Shown here: in pieces, positions 1-12,166 of the stretch
Numbering within the stretch: position 1 is the stretch's first letter
Layout: every line of letters begins with the position of its first letter
NCBI RefSeq assembly: GCF_001447785.1
Contig: NW_015165837.1
Coordinates: 1,227,368 to 1,291,367, forward strand
DNA: 64,000 nucleotides
Source of the DNA: Gekko japonicus
Lineage: Eukaryota
Reading direction: 5' to 3'
The notes under the pieces: generated by a model
Databases searched by the model: none
Told to the model about the DNA's origin: nothing
Seen by the model: only the letters and a program-made list of their open reading frames with translations
Made by a program: the position numbers and the translations under genes

Positions 1-1130
1 TCTGATGACCTCCGTTTGAATGTAGACAAAGGTCATGCCTCTTTGTTGCTCCTACAGGATCTATCTGCAGTCTTCAGTACAGTAAATCATGCCATCCTGT
101 TGAGACATTTGTAAGCAGAATAAGTATCAGGGGATATGACTTGGACCAGTTTGAATCCTTCCTCACAGACTGGACTCAAAAGGTTGCCATTGGAGATGAG
201 CTATCCTCAGTGTGGGAGCTGTCTTGTGGGGTTTCACAGGGCACAATCTTATCCCTTTTATGTAAAGCCTTTAGGAGAAATCATGTATAGCGTTGGAACT
301 GGATGTCATCAATGTGCTGATGACACCCAGTTCTGTGTCTCTTTATCCAAATCTCCTGGCGAGACAGTAGAGACCTTGAGCCAATGCCTAACTGCTGTGG
401 TCAAACGGATGGAAATAAACAAACTGAAATGGAGCTCAGACAAGTCAGAAGTGATGGTGGTTGGAAAGACTGGTGTACTACAGGACACTGTGCTTCCCGC
501 TTTTGATGGGGTTCAACTGTCCCTTCCTGACTCAGCTAAGATCCTAGGGGTTATACTGGACTCAGCATTACTGTTGGAGAAAGAAGTTAATGCAGCAACA
601 AAAAAGAGCTTTCTTCCAACTCAGCCTAGCTCAGAAAACAGCCCCCTACCTGGCTGATCTGGCCATCTGGGTCATGCCACAGTAACATCAAGACTAGACC
701 ATTGTAATGCACTTTACCTAGGAGACTCCAGTTACTGCAGAATGCCACGCCTCAGTTATTATCAGGAGCTAGACACAGCATGCATATTACTCCCATCCTA
801 CATTCACTTCACTGGCTGCCCAACAGTTACTGGGCTCAGTTCAAGGTATTGACAATCACATACAAAGCCCTTCATGGCCTTGGTCCCTTGTATCTGTAGG
901 ACCACCTCTTCCTCTGCTCTGCCTTGACAGCTTCACTCATCTGAGCAGGGCCTCCAGCAGATGCCAGCCCAGAAATCAGCAAAATCAACAGCTGTCCATA
1001 CATGTGCATTCTCTGTCCATCCCCCTCACACCATGGAATGGCCTACCTGATGAGGTCAGGAAGGCTCCCACTTTCCTGGCATTTCACCAACGATGCAAAA
1101 CTGAATTATTCAAAAAGGCTTTTCTATGCA
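1..1130 (+). mobile_element. Degenerate L2-type LINE, 3' part of RT ORF
   Basis: Frameshifted RT-like translation (DDLRLNVDKGHASLLLL; ADDTQ; KSEVMVVG; LGVILDSALLLEKEV; SRLDHCNALY). Runs off the window start. Confidence 0.8.
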
Positions 1131-1462
1131 GGTAATAGGGCTGCACTGTAACAAAATGGTGCTAAAAGATACTTGGGTAAATGGTTAGGGACTGTGGTCT
1201 ATACAACTGTGTATAGTTCATACTGCCTGTTACTGTAAATAGGATCCTCCTGTGTCATTTTTGTATTATTTAATGTGTCATGTTAAGTCTTACGCTTTGC
1301 TTCCAGATTTCCAAAATTTGAGCTTCATGTCGAAGTAGGGAATTTGCACTTAGGTCTCTGGCATCCTAGTCTGAGATTCTAACACATTACTCTACTCGAT
1401 ACTGGCTGTTCTATCTTTGAAGAATGGAAGAAAACTAACTCCAGGTTCCCCATATGCAAGAT

Positions 1463-1604
1463 NNNNNNNNNNNNNNNNNNNNNNNNNNNNNNNNNNNNNN
1501 NNNNNNNNNNNNNNNNNNNNNNNNNNNNNNNNNNNNNNNNNNNNNNNNNNNNNNNNNNNNNNNNNNNNNNNNNNNNNNNNNNNNNNNNNNNNNNNNNNNN
1601 NNNN
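1463..1604. other. Assembly gap (N run)
   Basis: Run of N. Confidence 1.
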
Positions 1605-2730
1605 GTTCTAAGCAGATTACTAAAATATAAAAAGCTAGACCCCATTTGAATGGCTGCAAAAGTCTATCACAAACACATAAAATTTCACAGCCAAAAGAGC
1701 GATAGGTCTGCTATTATATTCTAATAGAAGAGGTAATGTCTCCATGTGGTCTATGTTTTGGCACAAAGACAGAATTAAAAGATTTCTAGGCTCAGAAAAG
1801 TAATTACAGCCCAAAGTCATTTGATTCAGAGTCCATACTACCTGCACCACAGTTGCATACTCTGAGTATGGTATCTTAAGATACCTCCCTTTGAAACTTT
1901 TAGATGGTAAGGCATTAAGACATGCCAGCATAAAGACATGTCTATACCAAGGCCCAGTCAAATATTAGCAGCAATTGGGAAACTCTCCAAGTGGAAGAAT
2001 GCCAGCAAACTGAGTAGAACAAACACGTTGTGTTCTACAGATTGTACTGTTATGATCATACTTAAACAGACATTTCTTAATAGTTCTCATAGCTGAATAG
2101 AGTCCAAGGAAAGACCGAGGAGCTGTACTTGTTGCTCAACAAGTTTATCCCAGTGGGAAACATAAGAATCCTCTCTCACTAAGCCAAGGTAGCCCTCTTG
2201 GGTGTTGAAGTGTATAATTTTAGCTTAAAGGGGGAAAGCCTTCAATCAAGCCCAAGCTTCAAGAGCTGATTGTCCCACCCCCTCTATGGAGTTTGGAATT
2301 CCAGAGATGGAATGTATGAATTTACAAAGAACTTAATCCAAGGACTCCCCTATTTTATCAATCCAGATACCAGCCCTATATAAACTTCACATGGCCACCT
2401 TGGTGTTACTGAGCCCCAGATGAATAAAAGAAGGATTTACTGAGCCCCAGATGAATAAAAGAAGGATTTCTCTATCAACAGGACCAAGAACAGAATCCCT
2501 TCAATTACTCAGCCCCAGAAGCTGTTTTCAAATGGCAGGGCAAACCCTGTCCTCAGGCACGATTTAATTAAGATGAAGGACATACTCTGTGACCACAGCC
2601 AGCCCCCTAGATTAGGCAACAGAGGGTTCTTCTGTATCACAATAGACCTAAACCCTAGAAATTCTTTTCTTTAGACACTAAGAATGAAATGTTTCTATAA
2701 ATTGTGTCAAAACTGTCCTCTTTATTGACG
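1605..2730 (-). mobile_element. Degenerate non-LTR retrotransposon (RTE-X-like), same family as 13790-14950
   Basis: Minus ORF 1635-1961 reads FMLACLNALPSKSFKGRYLKIPYSE, matching LARFNVLPSAILSGRFQGIPYPS at about 14530. Boundaries approximate. Confidence 0.55.
2406..2467. repeat. 31-bp perfect tandem duplication
   Basis: TTACTGAGCCCCAGATGAATAAAAGAAGGAT x2. Confidence 0.9.
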
Positions 2731-2782
2731 GTTTGACTAAGGTGGGGGATATAAATTTACCATTTACAAAAATAAGAGATTT

Positions 2783-2800
2783 GAGCGCCACCTTGTGGGC
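2783..2800 (-). promoter_or_regulatory. Candidate CTCF site
   Basis: Minus strand CCACAAGGTGGCGC, one mismatch to the CTCF core CCASYAGRKGGCRS. Confidence 0.45.
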
Positions 2801-3082
2801 CCCAGTGGTACCTCATCTGCTTCACAGTTTATGAAAGTGTTGATTTTAACATTTTAAATGCCTAAGGGGACAATATTTCTTCCATGCCTTCCAACATACA
2901 CCAGTCTCATTTTTGTTGGTCTGTTTGTCAGCTGCTTAGAGAGGCAGTTACAGAAGAAAGCTGCCTGAAAGACAGAAACATTCATCCTGATTCAGCTAGA
3001 GATCCATGTATGTAACTTGCTGAATCTTCTGGATCTGTAGGCATAGAAACACTTCCAAAGGAATGTTTCTTTCGTTATTTGC

Positions 3083-3600
3083 CATGGATCAGTGGTGGAG
3101 CATCAGCTTGGCATGAAGGTCTCAGGTTCAATCCCCAGCATTTCCAATCGAAATGATAAGATAGCAGGTGATGGGAAAGACCTCTACCTGAGACCCCGGA
3201 AAGCCACTGCCAGTCTGAGTAGACAGCACCAGGCCTGTAGCCATGGCGGGGCATTTGGGGACGATGCCTCCAGAAAATTAGCCCTGCCCCATCACTTCCT
3301 ATTCTTCTCAGTCACACATTTTCAACCCTCTAGAACCCGCATGAGCTGCTGCGAAGTCGGCTGTGGAAGCAGGAAGAAAACACAGGGACCCCACACCTCA
3401 CCAACAGCTGGAGAGGTGGGGGGGGATGTCTTCTTCCTGCTTCCACAGCTAACTTTGGCTGCAGATCTTTCCCTCTCTTCCCCCCCCCTCCCGGATTTCC
3501 CAATGCCCCACCACCCAAAATTTTCTGGCTACAGCCCTGGACAGTACTAACCATTACGGCCCAATTGTCTGATTCAGTAAGAGGCAGCTTTATATGTCCA
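3083..3600 (+). mobile_element. tRNA-derived SINE interrupted by a hAT MITE
   Basis: A-box-like CAGTGGTGGAGC and B-box-like GGTTCAATCCC; related copy at about 7972-8090. Confidence 0.7.
3230..3539. mobile_element. hAT-type MITE
   Basis: TIRs CAGGCCTGTAGCCA / TGGCTACAGCCCTG (13/14); 8-bp TSD GACAGCAC (3222-3229) / GACAGTAC (3540-3547). Confidence 0.85.
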
Positions 3601-3780
3601 TAAGTGCAGATACCATCTATCTACAATGGAGTGCTTTTAACAAGATGCACATTCCCATCCATATTCTGGATGGTGATGCACATTCAAATGAACCTCCCAC
3701 TGAAAGCGTTCACACCTGGGACTCTTGATTTAGCAATTGATGCACATAGAAGCCTGCTAATACAGGTGGATTTCCCTAGC

Positions 3781-4112
3781 CAGAGTTGCCAGATATGAGT
3801 TAGGAAATACTACCCTGTTTCCCCGAAAATAAGACCTACCCCAAAAATAAGCCCTAGCAGGATTTCTATGCATTTGTGGTATAAGCCCTAGTGTGTCTTC
3901 TTGAAAAAAAATAAATATAAGACAGTGTCTTATTTTCGGGGAAACATGGTAGGAGATTTTGGGGATGGAGCTTGGGGAGGGACCTCAGCAGGATATAAGG
4001 CCAGAATCCACCTTCCAAAGCAGCCATTTTCTCTGGGGAACCGATCTTGGTCATATGGAGATTAACTATAATAATGAGAGACCTCCTGGTGTCCCCTGGA
4101 GGTTGGCAACGC
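3781..4112. mobile_element. hAT-like non-autonomous element hosting a TcMar MITE
   Basis: Ends CAGAGTTGCCA ... TGGCAAC resemble TAGGGTTGCCA-type TIRs. Confidence 0.55.
3813..3949. mobile_element. Tc1/mariner-pogo-type MITE
   Basis: 23-bp TIRs CCCTGTTTCCCCGAAAATAAGAC / GTCTTATTTTCGGGGAAACATGG, flanked by TA on both sides. Confidence 0.85.
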
Positions 4113-4299
4113 AACTCTCCGGCTTGGGAAATTCCTGGAGGAAGATTCTACTACTACTGAGACAGAATCTCCAGCCTCACAATATATTTGTGCATTTTTA
4201 ACAACTAAAAAAAAGATGTCCACCACTAACATATGCGCAGAATTACAGCCAGTGCCTCCTTGATACACACGTGAATCTAAAGGGCTAAAACTGGAACAG

Positions 4300-4860
4300 T
4301 GGTCTGACTCGGTAAACGCGCCTCCTCCGGAAACCACTAAACAGTTACAGTAAGAGAGCATCGGGGACCGGCCGCTGACACCCACCCTGTGCACCACCGG
4401 CTTCTCCCCAAGGCTGCAAACCTAAAAAGTGCGCGCGTCCACCAGAAGCCACACAAGGGGGCACAAATCTGTTTCCACATCATCCCTCCCCGCCGGAAGT
4501 ATTGCTCTCTCGCACCGGAAGTGGTGTTGGCGGGGGTTGGTGTTTTTTTTGCTCTTCCTTCCCTGAAGGCGGAAGTAGATATTACACAGAGTGGACCCTT
4601 TTGAAAATTATTCTTGCGCCTCTTCCCCCCCCCCCGCGCTCGGTTCCGGGAATCTCCGTGTCGGAGGGGCCGTGGGGGTGAGTCTTCTCCGCGTGTCGTT
4701 TAAGCTTCGATGGTTTGCGGGATGGTGAAGGAGCAGGAGTCGTCGTTTTCCGTGGAGGGAAGGTTATAAATGTCACTCGCCTCGGAAGTCCCTGTTGGAG
4801 AATTTAGATGGCACGGTGTCCAGGGGCTGGGTGGAGAGATGCTTTTATAACCTGGTATGG
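4300..4860 (+). promoter_or_regulatory. MIOS: CpG-rich MIOS promoter and probable non-coding first exon
   Basis: Local CpG enrichment; ETS/GABP motifs CCGGAAGT at 4493 and 4515, GCGGAAGT at 4569; candidate donors near 4855 (CTG/GTATGG) and 5077 (GG/GTAAGT). Confidence 0.7.
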
Positions 4861-5760
4861 AGGCTAGCTTCTATCGGCCTGGCTAAGCTAGAGAGTAAAC
4901 GAAAACATGCATGGAACCAGGGGGTATTGTATTGCCAAAAAATAACTAGTGTTCTTTTTATGTTTTGTGTTGTTCACTATAGCAAGTGCCAGCATGCATA
5001 CATAAGTGTTGCGTAAAGTGCTTATTGGCCTTTAAGATGAACGTGGCAGGTATCTCTGGGATTTTGGGCAGCCTTGGGTAAGTAAAGCTTTCTCTCAGTG
5101 AGGCCTCTGAATCTAGGAGAGGTGGGGCACGCAAACACAATTCTTTGACACACGACCTCTGACTTGCCTGGGTGCCCCATACAAAGTGAAGGTGGGTGCT
5201 AGTCTCTGTGCTCTGGGGACTCTGATAAATACCATACCTTGCATTTATTCTAGAACTAAGAATTATTCCAGATCTGCTGTAGTGAATAGATGGCTCATGG
5301 CTCTGTAGTCCTCTCATATCGGCAATGTGTTGTGATGTTGTATGACTCCAGTGACTGGGTATGTTCCAGCACACTTTTAGCTATCATTGGGGGGGGGGGG
5401 ATCCTTAATATGCACATATGATTTTTATTTGATAAAAGATGTAAAGGCGTTTGGGAACCACAGTGACTGTGTCAGTGGTGATATTTTGTTCTTCCTATGC
5501 ATAAATAATCTTTGTCAAATATCAGGAAGAAGCTACAGAAAATAGTATTTGCAAAAGTAAATTATGAAAACTTTAATTTCCTAAAGGATTTGGAGAAAGG
5601 AAAAGTCAGAATATCGAAAGAATTATAGATTCTAGTTTAGAATTGCTTTATTACTGTATGATGCTCTGTATTTTCTTTTAAACAGTGTCTAACAAATGAA
5701 CGTGGTGCAAGTTTTCAAACATCCTTTTAAACTCTTTTATACCAACTAGTAAGAGCAGCC

Positions 5761-7054
5761 ATGAGTGGCTCCAAACCTGACATTCTGTGGGCTCCACATC
5801 ATGTTAATAGATTTGTTGTGTGTGACTCTGAGCTGAGCCTCTACCACATCGAATCTGCTGTAAGTTCTGAACTCAAAGCAGGATCAATGCGTTTATCAGA
5901 AGAAACTACAGCCACTCTGTTGTCCATTAATTCTGATACCCCGTATATGAAATGTGTGGCTTGGTACCCGAAGTACGATCCTGAGTGTCTTCTGGCAGTT
6001 GGACAGGCCAATGGCCGAGTTGTCCTTACTAGTCTTGGCCAAGATCACAATTCAAAGTCCAAGGAGTTGATAGGGAAAGCATTTGTTCCAAAACATGCTC
6101 GGCAGTGCAACACCTTAGCATGGAATCCACTGGATGGCTATTGGCTTGCTGCTGGTCTTGATAAACATCGGGCTGATTTCTCAGTACTAATCTGGGACAT
6201 CAGTAGCAAATACACTCCAGAAATTCCAGTGGCAACTGAAAAAGTGAGGCTTGCCTCTGGAGACACTGAAACAGGGCTGGTTGTGACAAAGCCGCTTTAT
6301 GAATTGGGGCAGAATGATGCTTGTCTTTCTCTTTGTTGGCTTCCACGGGACCAGAAACTTCTTTTAGCTGGAATGCACCGGAACCTGGCAATCTTTGACC
6401 TTAGGAATATAAGCCAAAAAATGTTTGTGAATACCAAGGCTGTTCAAGGAGTCAGTGTTGATCCATTTTTCCACGATCGTGTGGCTTCCTTCTATGAAGG
6501 TCAAGTTGCCATATGGGATCTTAGAAAGTTTGAAAAGCCTGTTTTGACCCTAACAGAACAACCAAAACCCTTAACAAAAGTGGCATGGTGTCCTACAAGG
6601 ACTGGATTGCTAGCAACTTTGACCAGAGATAGTAATATCATCAAACTCTATGACATGCAGCACACTCCCACCCCGATAGATGAAACTGAACCTACAATCA
6701 TCGAAAGAAGTGTACAGCCTTGTGAACACTATATTGCTTCTTTTGCGTGGCATCCCACAAATCAAAATCGAATGGTAGTGGTGACTCCAAACAGGACCAT
6801 GTCAGACTTCACTGTGTTTGAAAGGATCTCTCTTGCGTGGAGTCCAGTTACCTCTTTAATGTGGGCATGCGGGAGGCATTTATATGAGTGCACTGAAGAA
6901 GGAAAGGCCAGTTCCCTCGAGAAAGATATTGCCACCAAAATGCGTCTAAGGGCTCTATCCAGGTATGGCCTTGATACGGAACAGATCTGGAGAAACCATA
7001 TTCTAGCAGGAAATGAAGACCTGCAGCTGAAGTCACTCTGGTACACTCTGCACT
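5761..7054 (+). CDS. MIOS: MIOS (GATOR2 complex, WD40 region) coding exon 1, 1294 nt
   Basis: [29 protein letters not shown]...KSLWYTLH is recognisably MIOS; Kozak GCAGCCATG; ends at U12 donor ATATCCTTT. Confidence 0.98.
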
Positions 7055-7831
7055 ATATCCTTTAAAAGCCAGTGTGGTGTCATGGTTATCATGTCAGACT
7101 AGCACCTGGAAGACCCAGGTTCAGATCCCCACTTGCTGGATGACTGTGGGCCAGTTACTCTGTTTCTCTCAGCTTCACAGGGATGTTATAAGTGTCAAAG
7201 GGAGGTGGGAGAATGATATACACTGTCCTGAGCCTCTTGGCTGCATACGAAATTATTAAAATAGTGTGCCATCTAGATGTTGCAAAATGATACATTTGTT
7301 AGGCAACATTTGTACTCTGATGGCAAGTGAAAGGATGTTCCTTTCCCTTAATTGCCTTGAAGTGTTTATTTCTGGTGTTCAGAAAAAAAAGGAAAGACTG
7401 GTGGGAGGGTTGGTAACCTAGTGCTCCAAGGGACAAGGAGGAGGCAAAGAACCAACGAGATGAAAGACTTCCATTGGTCTTGGGCAAGGAGTAGTGAGTA
7501 CCCAAAGGTTCTGTCTTGCTAAAAGTGAAGGCTTCGTTCAGCGAGTGAGGTGTATGATAGCAGTGGAATGCTTCTTGTGCCAGAAGAATGCCCACAGTTA
7601 GTGGAATGGAACCCTTGGATCTGACTCCATGTTCTTATTACTCAACCAGCACAATTTTCACCAGCAGATCTTATAACAGATATTAACCAGAAGTTCATTG
7701 TGAACATGCTCTTTTATCTCCAGCAGAAATATCTCCAAGTACATACAGTATCATTCACAGCAGCACAATGCCTCCCCCTCCTCCCCTTAAATGCTATTAA
7801 TGTTTAGTAGGTTTCCTATATCTGACAATAC
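7055..7831 (+). other. MIOS: U12-type (minor spliceosome) AT-AC intron of MIOS
   Basis: 5' end ATATCCTTT, 3' end CAATAC; splicing gives CAC T/TT ATG AAG = H-F-M-K-Q-Y, restoring frame; branch-like CCCCTTAAAT at 7783-7792. Confidence 0.93.
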
Positions 7832-7930
7832 TTATGAAGCAGTATACAGAGGATATGGATCAGAAATTCACAGGAAACAAGGGTTCCTTAGTGTATGCTG
7901 GCATCAAATCCATTGTGAAGGCATCTATGG
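7832..7930 (+). CDS. MIOS: MIOS coding exon 2, 99 nt
   Basis: (F)[32 protein letters not shown](G); donor G/GTAAGT. Confidence 0.93.
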
Positions 7931-7971
7931 GTAAGTAAACTCTGACTGATCATTTAGTAATAATTTCTCAA

Positions 7972-8090
7972 GCTGTGGCTCAGTGGCAGAACATTGGCTT
8001 TATATGCCAAAGGTCTCAGGTTCAATCCCTGGCATTTTCATTTAAAGGGATCAGGTAGCAGTTGATATGAAAGACCTCTACCTGAGACTG
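7972..8090 (+). mobile_element. tRNA-derived SINE fragment
   Basis: GCTGTGGCTCAGTGGCAGA...GGTTCAATCCCTGGCA...AAAGACCTCTACCTGAGAC, homologous to 3083-3200. Confidence 0.7.
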
Positions 8091-8960
8091 TGATCAGAAC
8101 TTTTTAAAAATGAGTGGAGGAGATTTCCTGGCCAGCCTAAGAGAATTATTATAAGACTAGAAATAATGCCCGTTGCGGAAATAAATACAACGGGATCTAG
8201 AAAGAGGCTCTGGGAGAGTGCTCTGGCTTTGGGCAAACAGTGTCAGTTTCCTGTGGTGACCTCAGCAGGGTTTAATGACAGAGTCCACTGTTTTCTTCTG
8301 AGGGACTGATCACTGCTACCTGAAGAGCATTTGTATGTTTGAGTTATCTGTAGCCCTCACCTGGAGAGTGGTAACCATTGTTACCCATTCTCCTCTCCCC
8401 TATGAGGTATGTTATGCAACTGAAAATTCCAACTGCCTTGCGGGGGGGGGGGGAGTTTGAGGTGTGGAATGGAGTGAAGTCCAATCAGCTTCCATATGCA
8501 AAAGACCAGGTTGTCGCAGCAGTTGTGGTGTGGGCGGGACCCGGGCTTTGCCTTCTGATTGGTGGCGATATATGCTGAGGAGCAGTGCCATCAGCCATAC
8601 ACTAAGGGAGTGCATTTTAGAATTAGAACTTTGGCACCCACTATTCAATTATATATAAGGAGAGATGGAAAAATAAGTCACCTCTGTTATTGGTTTTAAT
8701 GTGTTCCCCCCTCCAGAGAATGAGCTTCTTCTTTTTTAAAAAACAAACAAACAAACATCATGTGGCCACAAGAAATGCCACAACAGTTTTTAGTAGCTGG
8801 AAATCCACTTTGTGAATAGCAAACATGTTTCCATGTCGTGTTTAAAAGGAGTTTAAAAGGATATTGTGTCCTATGGTCTGGACTCCCAGCAGCTTGTATC
8901 AGGGGAAGGCTCCTCCTGCCATAGGAGGGTGCCTCCACTGATGGAATAGATCTATGAGGT

Positions 8961-9855
8961 CCAGATGACATGAAGCTGGGTGGGATTGCTATTTCTGAAG
9001 AAGACAGAGTCAGGATTCAAAATGATCTAGATAGGCTAGAACAGTGGGCTGAGACAAATAAAATGAATTTCAATAGAGAGAAGTGCAAAGTCCTCCAATT
9101 AGGTACAGAAAAATCAAAGGCACGTATATAGAATGGGAGGGACTTGCCTTGACAGCAGCACATGTGAAAGGGATCTGGGTGTTCTGGTTGATCACAAGCT
9201 AAACATGAGCCTGCAGTGCAATGTGGCTGTGAAGAAAGCTAATGCAATCTTAGGATGCATTAACAGAAGCATTGTGTCCAGATCACGAGAGGTGGTAGTT
9301 CCGCTCTATTCTGCTATGGTCAGGCCTCACCTGGAGTACTGCGTCCAGTTTTGGGCACCACATTTTAGGAAGGATGTTGACAAGCTTGAGCGTGTCCAGA
9401 AGAGGGCAACCAGGATGGTGAGAGGGTTTGAATCCAAGTCTTATGAGGAAAGGCTGAAAGAGTTGGGTATGTTTAGCCTGGGAAAGAGAAGACTTAGAGG
9501 GGACATGATTGCAGTCTTCAAGTATTTGAAGGGCTGTCATGCAGAAGATGGAGCAGATCTATTCTCTCTTGCTCCGGATTGCAAGACTAGATCTAATGGG
9601 TGGAAATTACAAGGGAGTCGTTACCGGCTAAATATCAGGAAAAACTTCCTAACTGTAAGAGTGGTTGAGCAGTGGCAGTAAGAGTCTGCCTCGGGTGGTG
9701 GTGGATGCTCCTTCACTGGACATTTTCAAGCAGAGGCTGGACGACCATCTTTCGGGTATGCTGTAGGGCTGTCTTTCAGCTATGCTCCTGCAGAGTGCAG
9801 GGGGTTGGACTAGATGACCTGCAAGGTCCCTTCCAACTCTAACATTCTATGATAT
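8961..9855 (+). mobile_element. 5'-truncated CR1 LINE
   Basis: ORF 9133-9681 (ERDLGVLVDHKLNMS...RPHLEYCVQFWAP...RLRGDMI); CR1 3' end GGTCCCTTCCAACTCTAACATTCTATGA. Confidence 0.92.
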
Positions 9856-10037
9856 TAATGTTATGGCCATTTTTTGCTATAGAATTTGTTTACTAATAGC
9901 ACAAAAAAGCAAGAGGCAATTTGTGAATACAGTGAAGAAGAGTGTGCAATATGTGTATTTTACAATATTTTAGCTCTCTGTGTTTTTGTATGTTAAAAGT
10001 TTGCATTGTTCTGTGTGTGCAAACAATTCTTCTTTAG

Positions 10038-10295
10038 GAACAACAGAGAACCTCAGGCATAACCGGAGTGGGTCGGACAGGCAGGCAGATATTATTCAGT
10101 ATCTAAGTGAGGAGAGATCATTGGCTTTGCAGCTTTGTGGCTGGATCAAGAAGGGCACAGATGTTGATGTGGAGCCTTTCCTAAACTCTTTGGAGCAAGA
10201 AGGAGATTGGGAGCGAGCTGCTGCCGTGGCACTGTTCAACTTGGACATACGGCGAGCAATACAGATACTGAACAAAGGAGCTTCTTCGGGGAAAG
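10038..10295 (+). CDS. MIOS: MIOS coding exon 3, 258 nt
   Basis: TTTAG/ acceptor; TTENLRH...[15 protein letters not shown]...GASSGK; donor G/GTGCCT. Confidence 0.92.
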
Positions 10296-11154
10296 GTGCC
10301 TTGTTCTGATTGGGTATTACCTGTTTGTTAGTTTTTGTGAGTGTGCGTGTGGGGGGGGGCACGTGCCTATGTCAGGCATCGACAGCACAGAAATTTAGGG
10401 ACCAGGCTAGTTTTTTCAGCCTGTCAAGGCTTTGTGTTCTAATAACTGTATTTTCTAATAATTATTAATCAAATCTTAACCTCTTCACAGTTTCTTGTAA
10501 TTCAACCGACGACAAAAGTGTTTTCTATAAATAAATATAGGGGTAAATCTGGTTGTCATCACAACAGAAAGCTAACCTCCTAACAGAATATCCCCAATTT
10601 CTCATAATTCCATTATTGCTTTAAAAAGCCCAATTTAATTGTATATTGGAACCAATATAGAATGCAGCTAATTAAGAAATGAATGAATCGATTGCCATTG
10701 GATTTATGTATAAAAAATCAGTGATAAGAACTCCTTGCACATTTCTGTTATTCCACAAAACATTCTGATATGAAATGATAAATAGGTTTCCCACCAATGG
10801 AGTCTAAGTGGGTGTGCTTGTGTGAAGTACATCCGGCTCCAGGAAAGTGAAAAAAAAGCCAGGGCTGGCTGTTTGCTTTGGGGAAGAGATAATAAGAAGC
10901 AAATGGGCTTAAGGAAGCCCATTAGTTGGTGTCATGTTGGGGATCCCTGATATATATACGTCCTGGTCCTCAAAGTGGCTCTGTTTTACCTTGCAGAGTA
11001 AGATTTGCTTCAGGGTAAGTGCGAATTGTTTTTGAGTAGTTAATGAGTAATGTATTTGGGGAAAATACAGGACTTTATTTTATTCAATACAAAGTGGGAT
11101 TTGTTGGTTTAAAATATTGACTTACCATGGTCGTCTTTGTTTCGGCTTGTGCAG

Positions 11155-11324
11155 GTGATCTAAATCTCAATGTTGTGGCCATGGCATTATCAGGCTACAC
11201 AGACGAAAAGAACTCATTGTGGAGAGAGATGTGCAGTACTCTGCGGTTGCAGCTAAACCACCCTTACCTGTGTGCCATGTTTGCATTTCTGACAAGTGAA
11301 TCGGGTTCCTATGATGGGGTTTTG
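11155..11324 (+). CDS. MIOS: MIOS coding exon 4, 170 nt
   Basis: GCAG/ acceptor; [26 protein letters not shown]...YDGVL; donor /GTAAGT. Confidence 0.95.
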
Positions 11325-11342
11325 GTAAGTCCTACCACAAAA

Positions 11343-11383
11343 NNNNNNNNNNNNNNNNNNNNNNNNNNNNNNNNNNNNNNNNN
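11343..11383. other. Assembly gap
   Basis: Run of N. Confidence 1.
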
Positions 11384-11844
11384 CTTGACCCACTGTGGTC
11401 AGTGCGTTAAAAAAAACTGTGTCCCAGGCAGCAATTTGACTTCCTGAGCATTGTTCAGAAAACAGTATGTGGGGTTCAGTATCCCCCAAACCTTCTCTTG
11501 TGCAAATGGAAGGCATTTCTGTTCAGCCAAGCAAAGGTTCTGCAGTTTCCTCACATTTACACCACCATCCCCATTGTAGACTTCCAGGCTGCATCTTGCT
11601 CTATTTCTGAGGGTTCCTTGACCTTCAGGAGAACTTTGGGGGGTAGGGAAGTGGAAGGCTGCAACAGGAAGGGAAGGTAGGAAACAATAAGTTTCACTGA
11701 TGGAACTCCACTCATGGTTTATAGGATCCAGTGCATTATAGGAACCACCTACTGTGGTCACAAGAGCTTCCTTTTGGTAAATGTAAGGGCTTGTGTAATT
11801 TAGCAGGATTTGGGGATGGAGTTTTTGGTTCTTATTTGGTACCC

Positions 11845-12045
11845 TTTTATCCCACCAGTTACCTTAGGGCAGCATACAAAGTCCCCCCCTCCTCCATATT
11901 ATCCTCACTACAATCCTGTGAGGTAGACTAGGCAGAGAGAGTGTGTGACTGGCCCAAGGTCAACTAGCAAGCTTTCATGGGAGAGTGGAAGGCTGAACTT
12001 GGATCCTTATCCAGTGCTATGACCACCACACAACACTGGCTCTCT
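11845..12045 (-). mobile_element. SINE (squamate, MIR/L2-related)
   Basis: ATCCTCACTACAATCCTGTGAGGTAG...GGCCCAAGGTCA motif shared with the copies at 19822 and 34065. Confidence 0.6.
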
Positions 12046-12100
12046 CTTATGAGCAATAACTGTTGTTTGGCTAATGCTAGCATATTTTGTATTCTTTCAG

Positions 12101-12166
12101 TATGAAAGCAACGTAGCTGTACGAGACAGAGTGGCATTTGCTTGTAAATTCCTCACTGATGCTCAG
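12101..12166 (+). CDS. MIOS: MIOS coding exon 5, 66 nt
   Basis: TTTCAG/ YESNVAVRDRVAFACKFLTDAQ /GTAACA. Confidence 0.95.

Noticed and set aside
3083-3150. tRNA gene (A/B-box-like sequence; also at 7972 and 53000-53074)
   Set aside because: No intact cloverleaf, and the sequence continues into SINE bodies.
5761-7065. 434-aa ORF as a complete single-exon gene
   Set aside because: It is MIOS exon sequence reading 11 nt into the AT-AC intron; nine further exons complete the protein.
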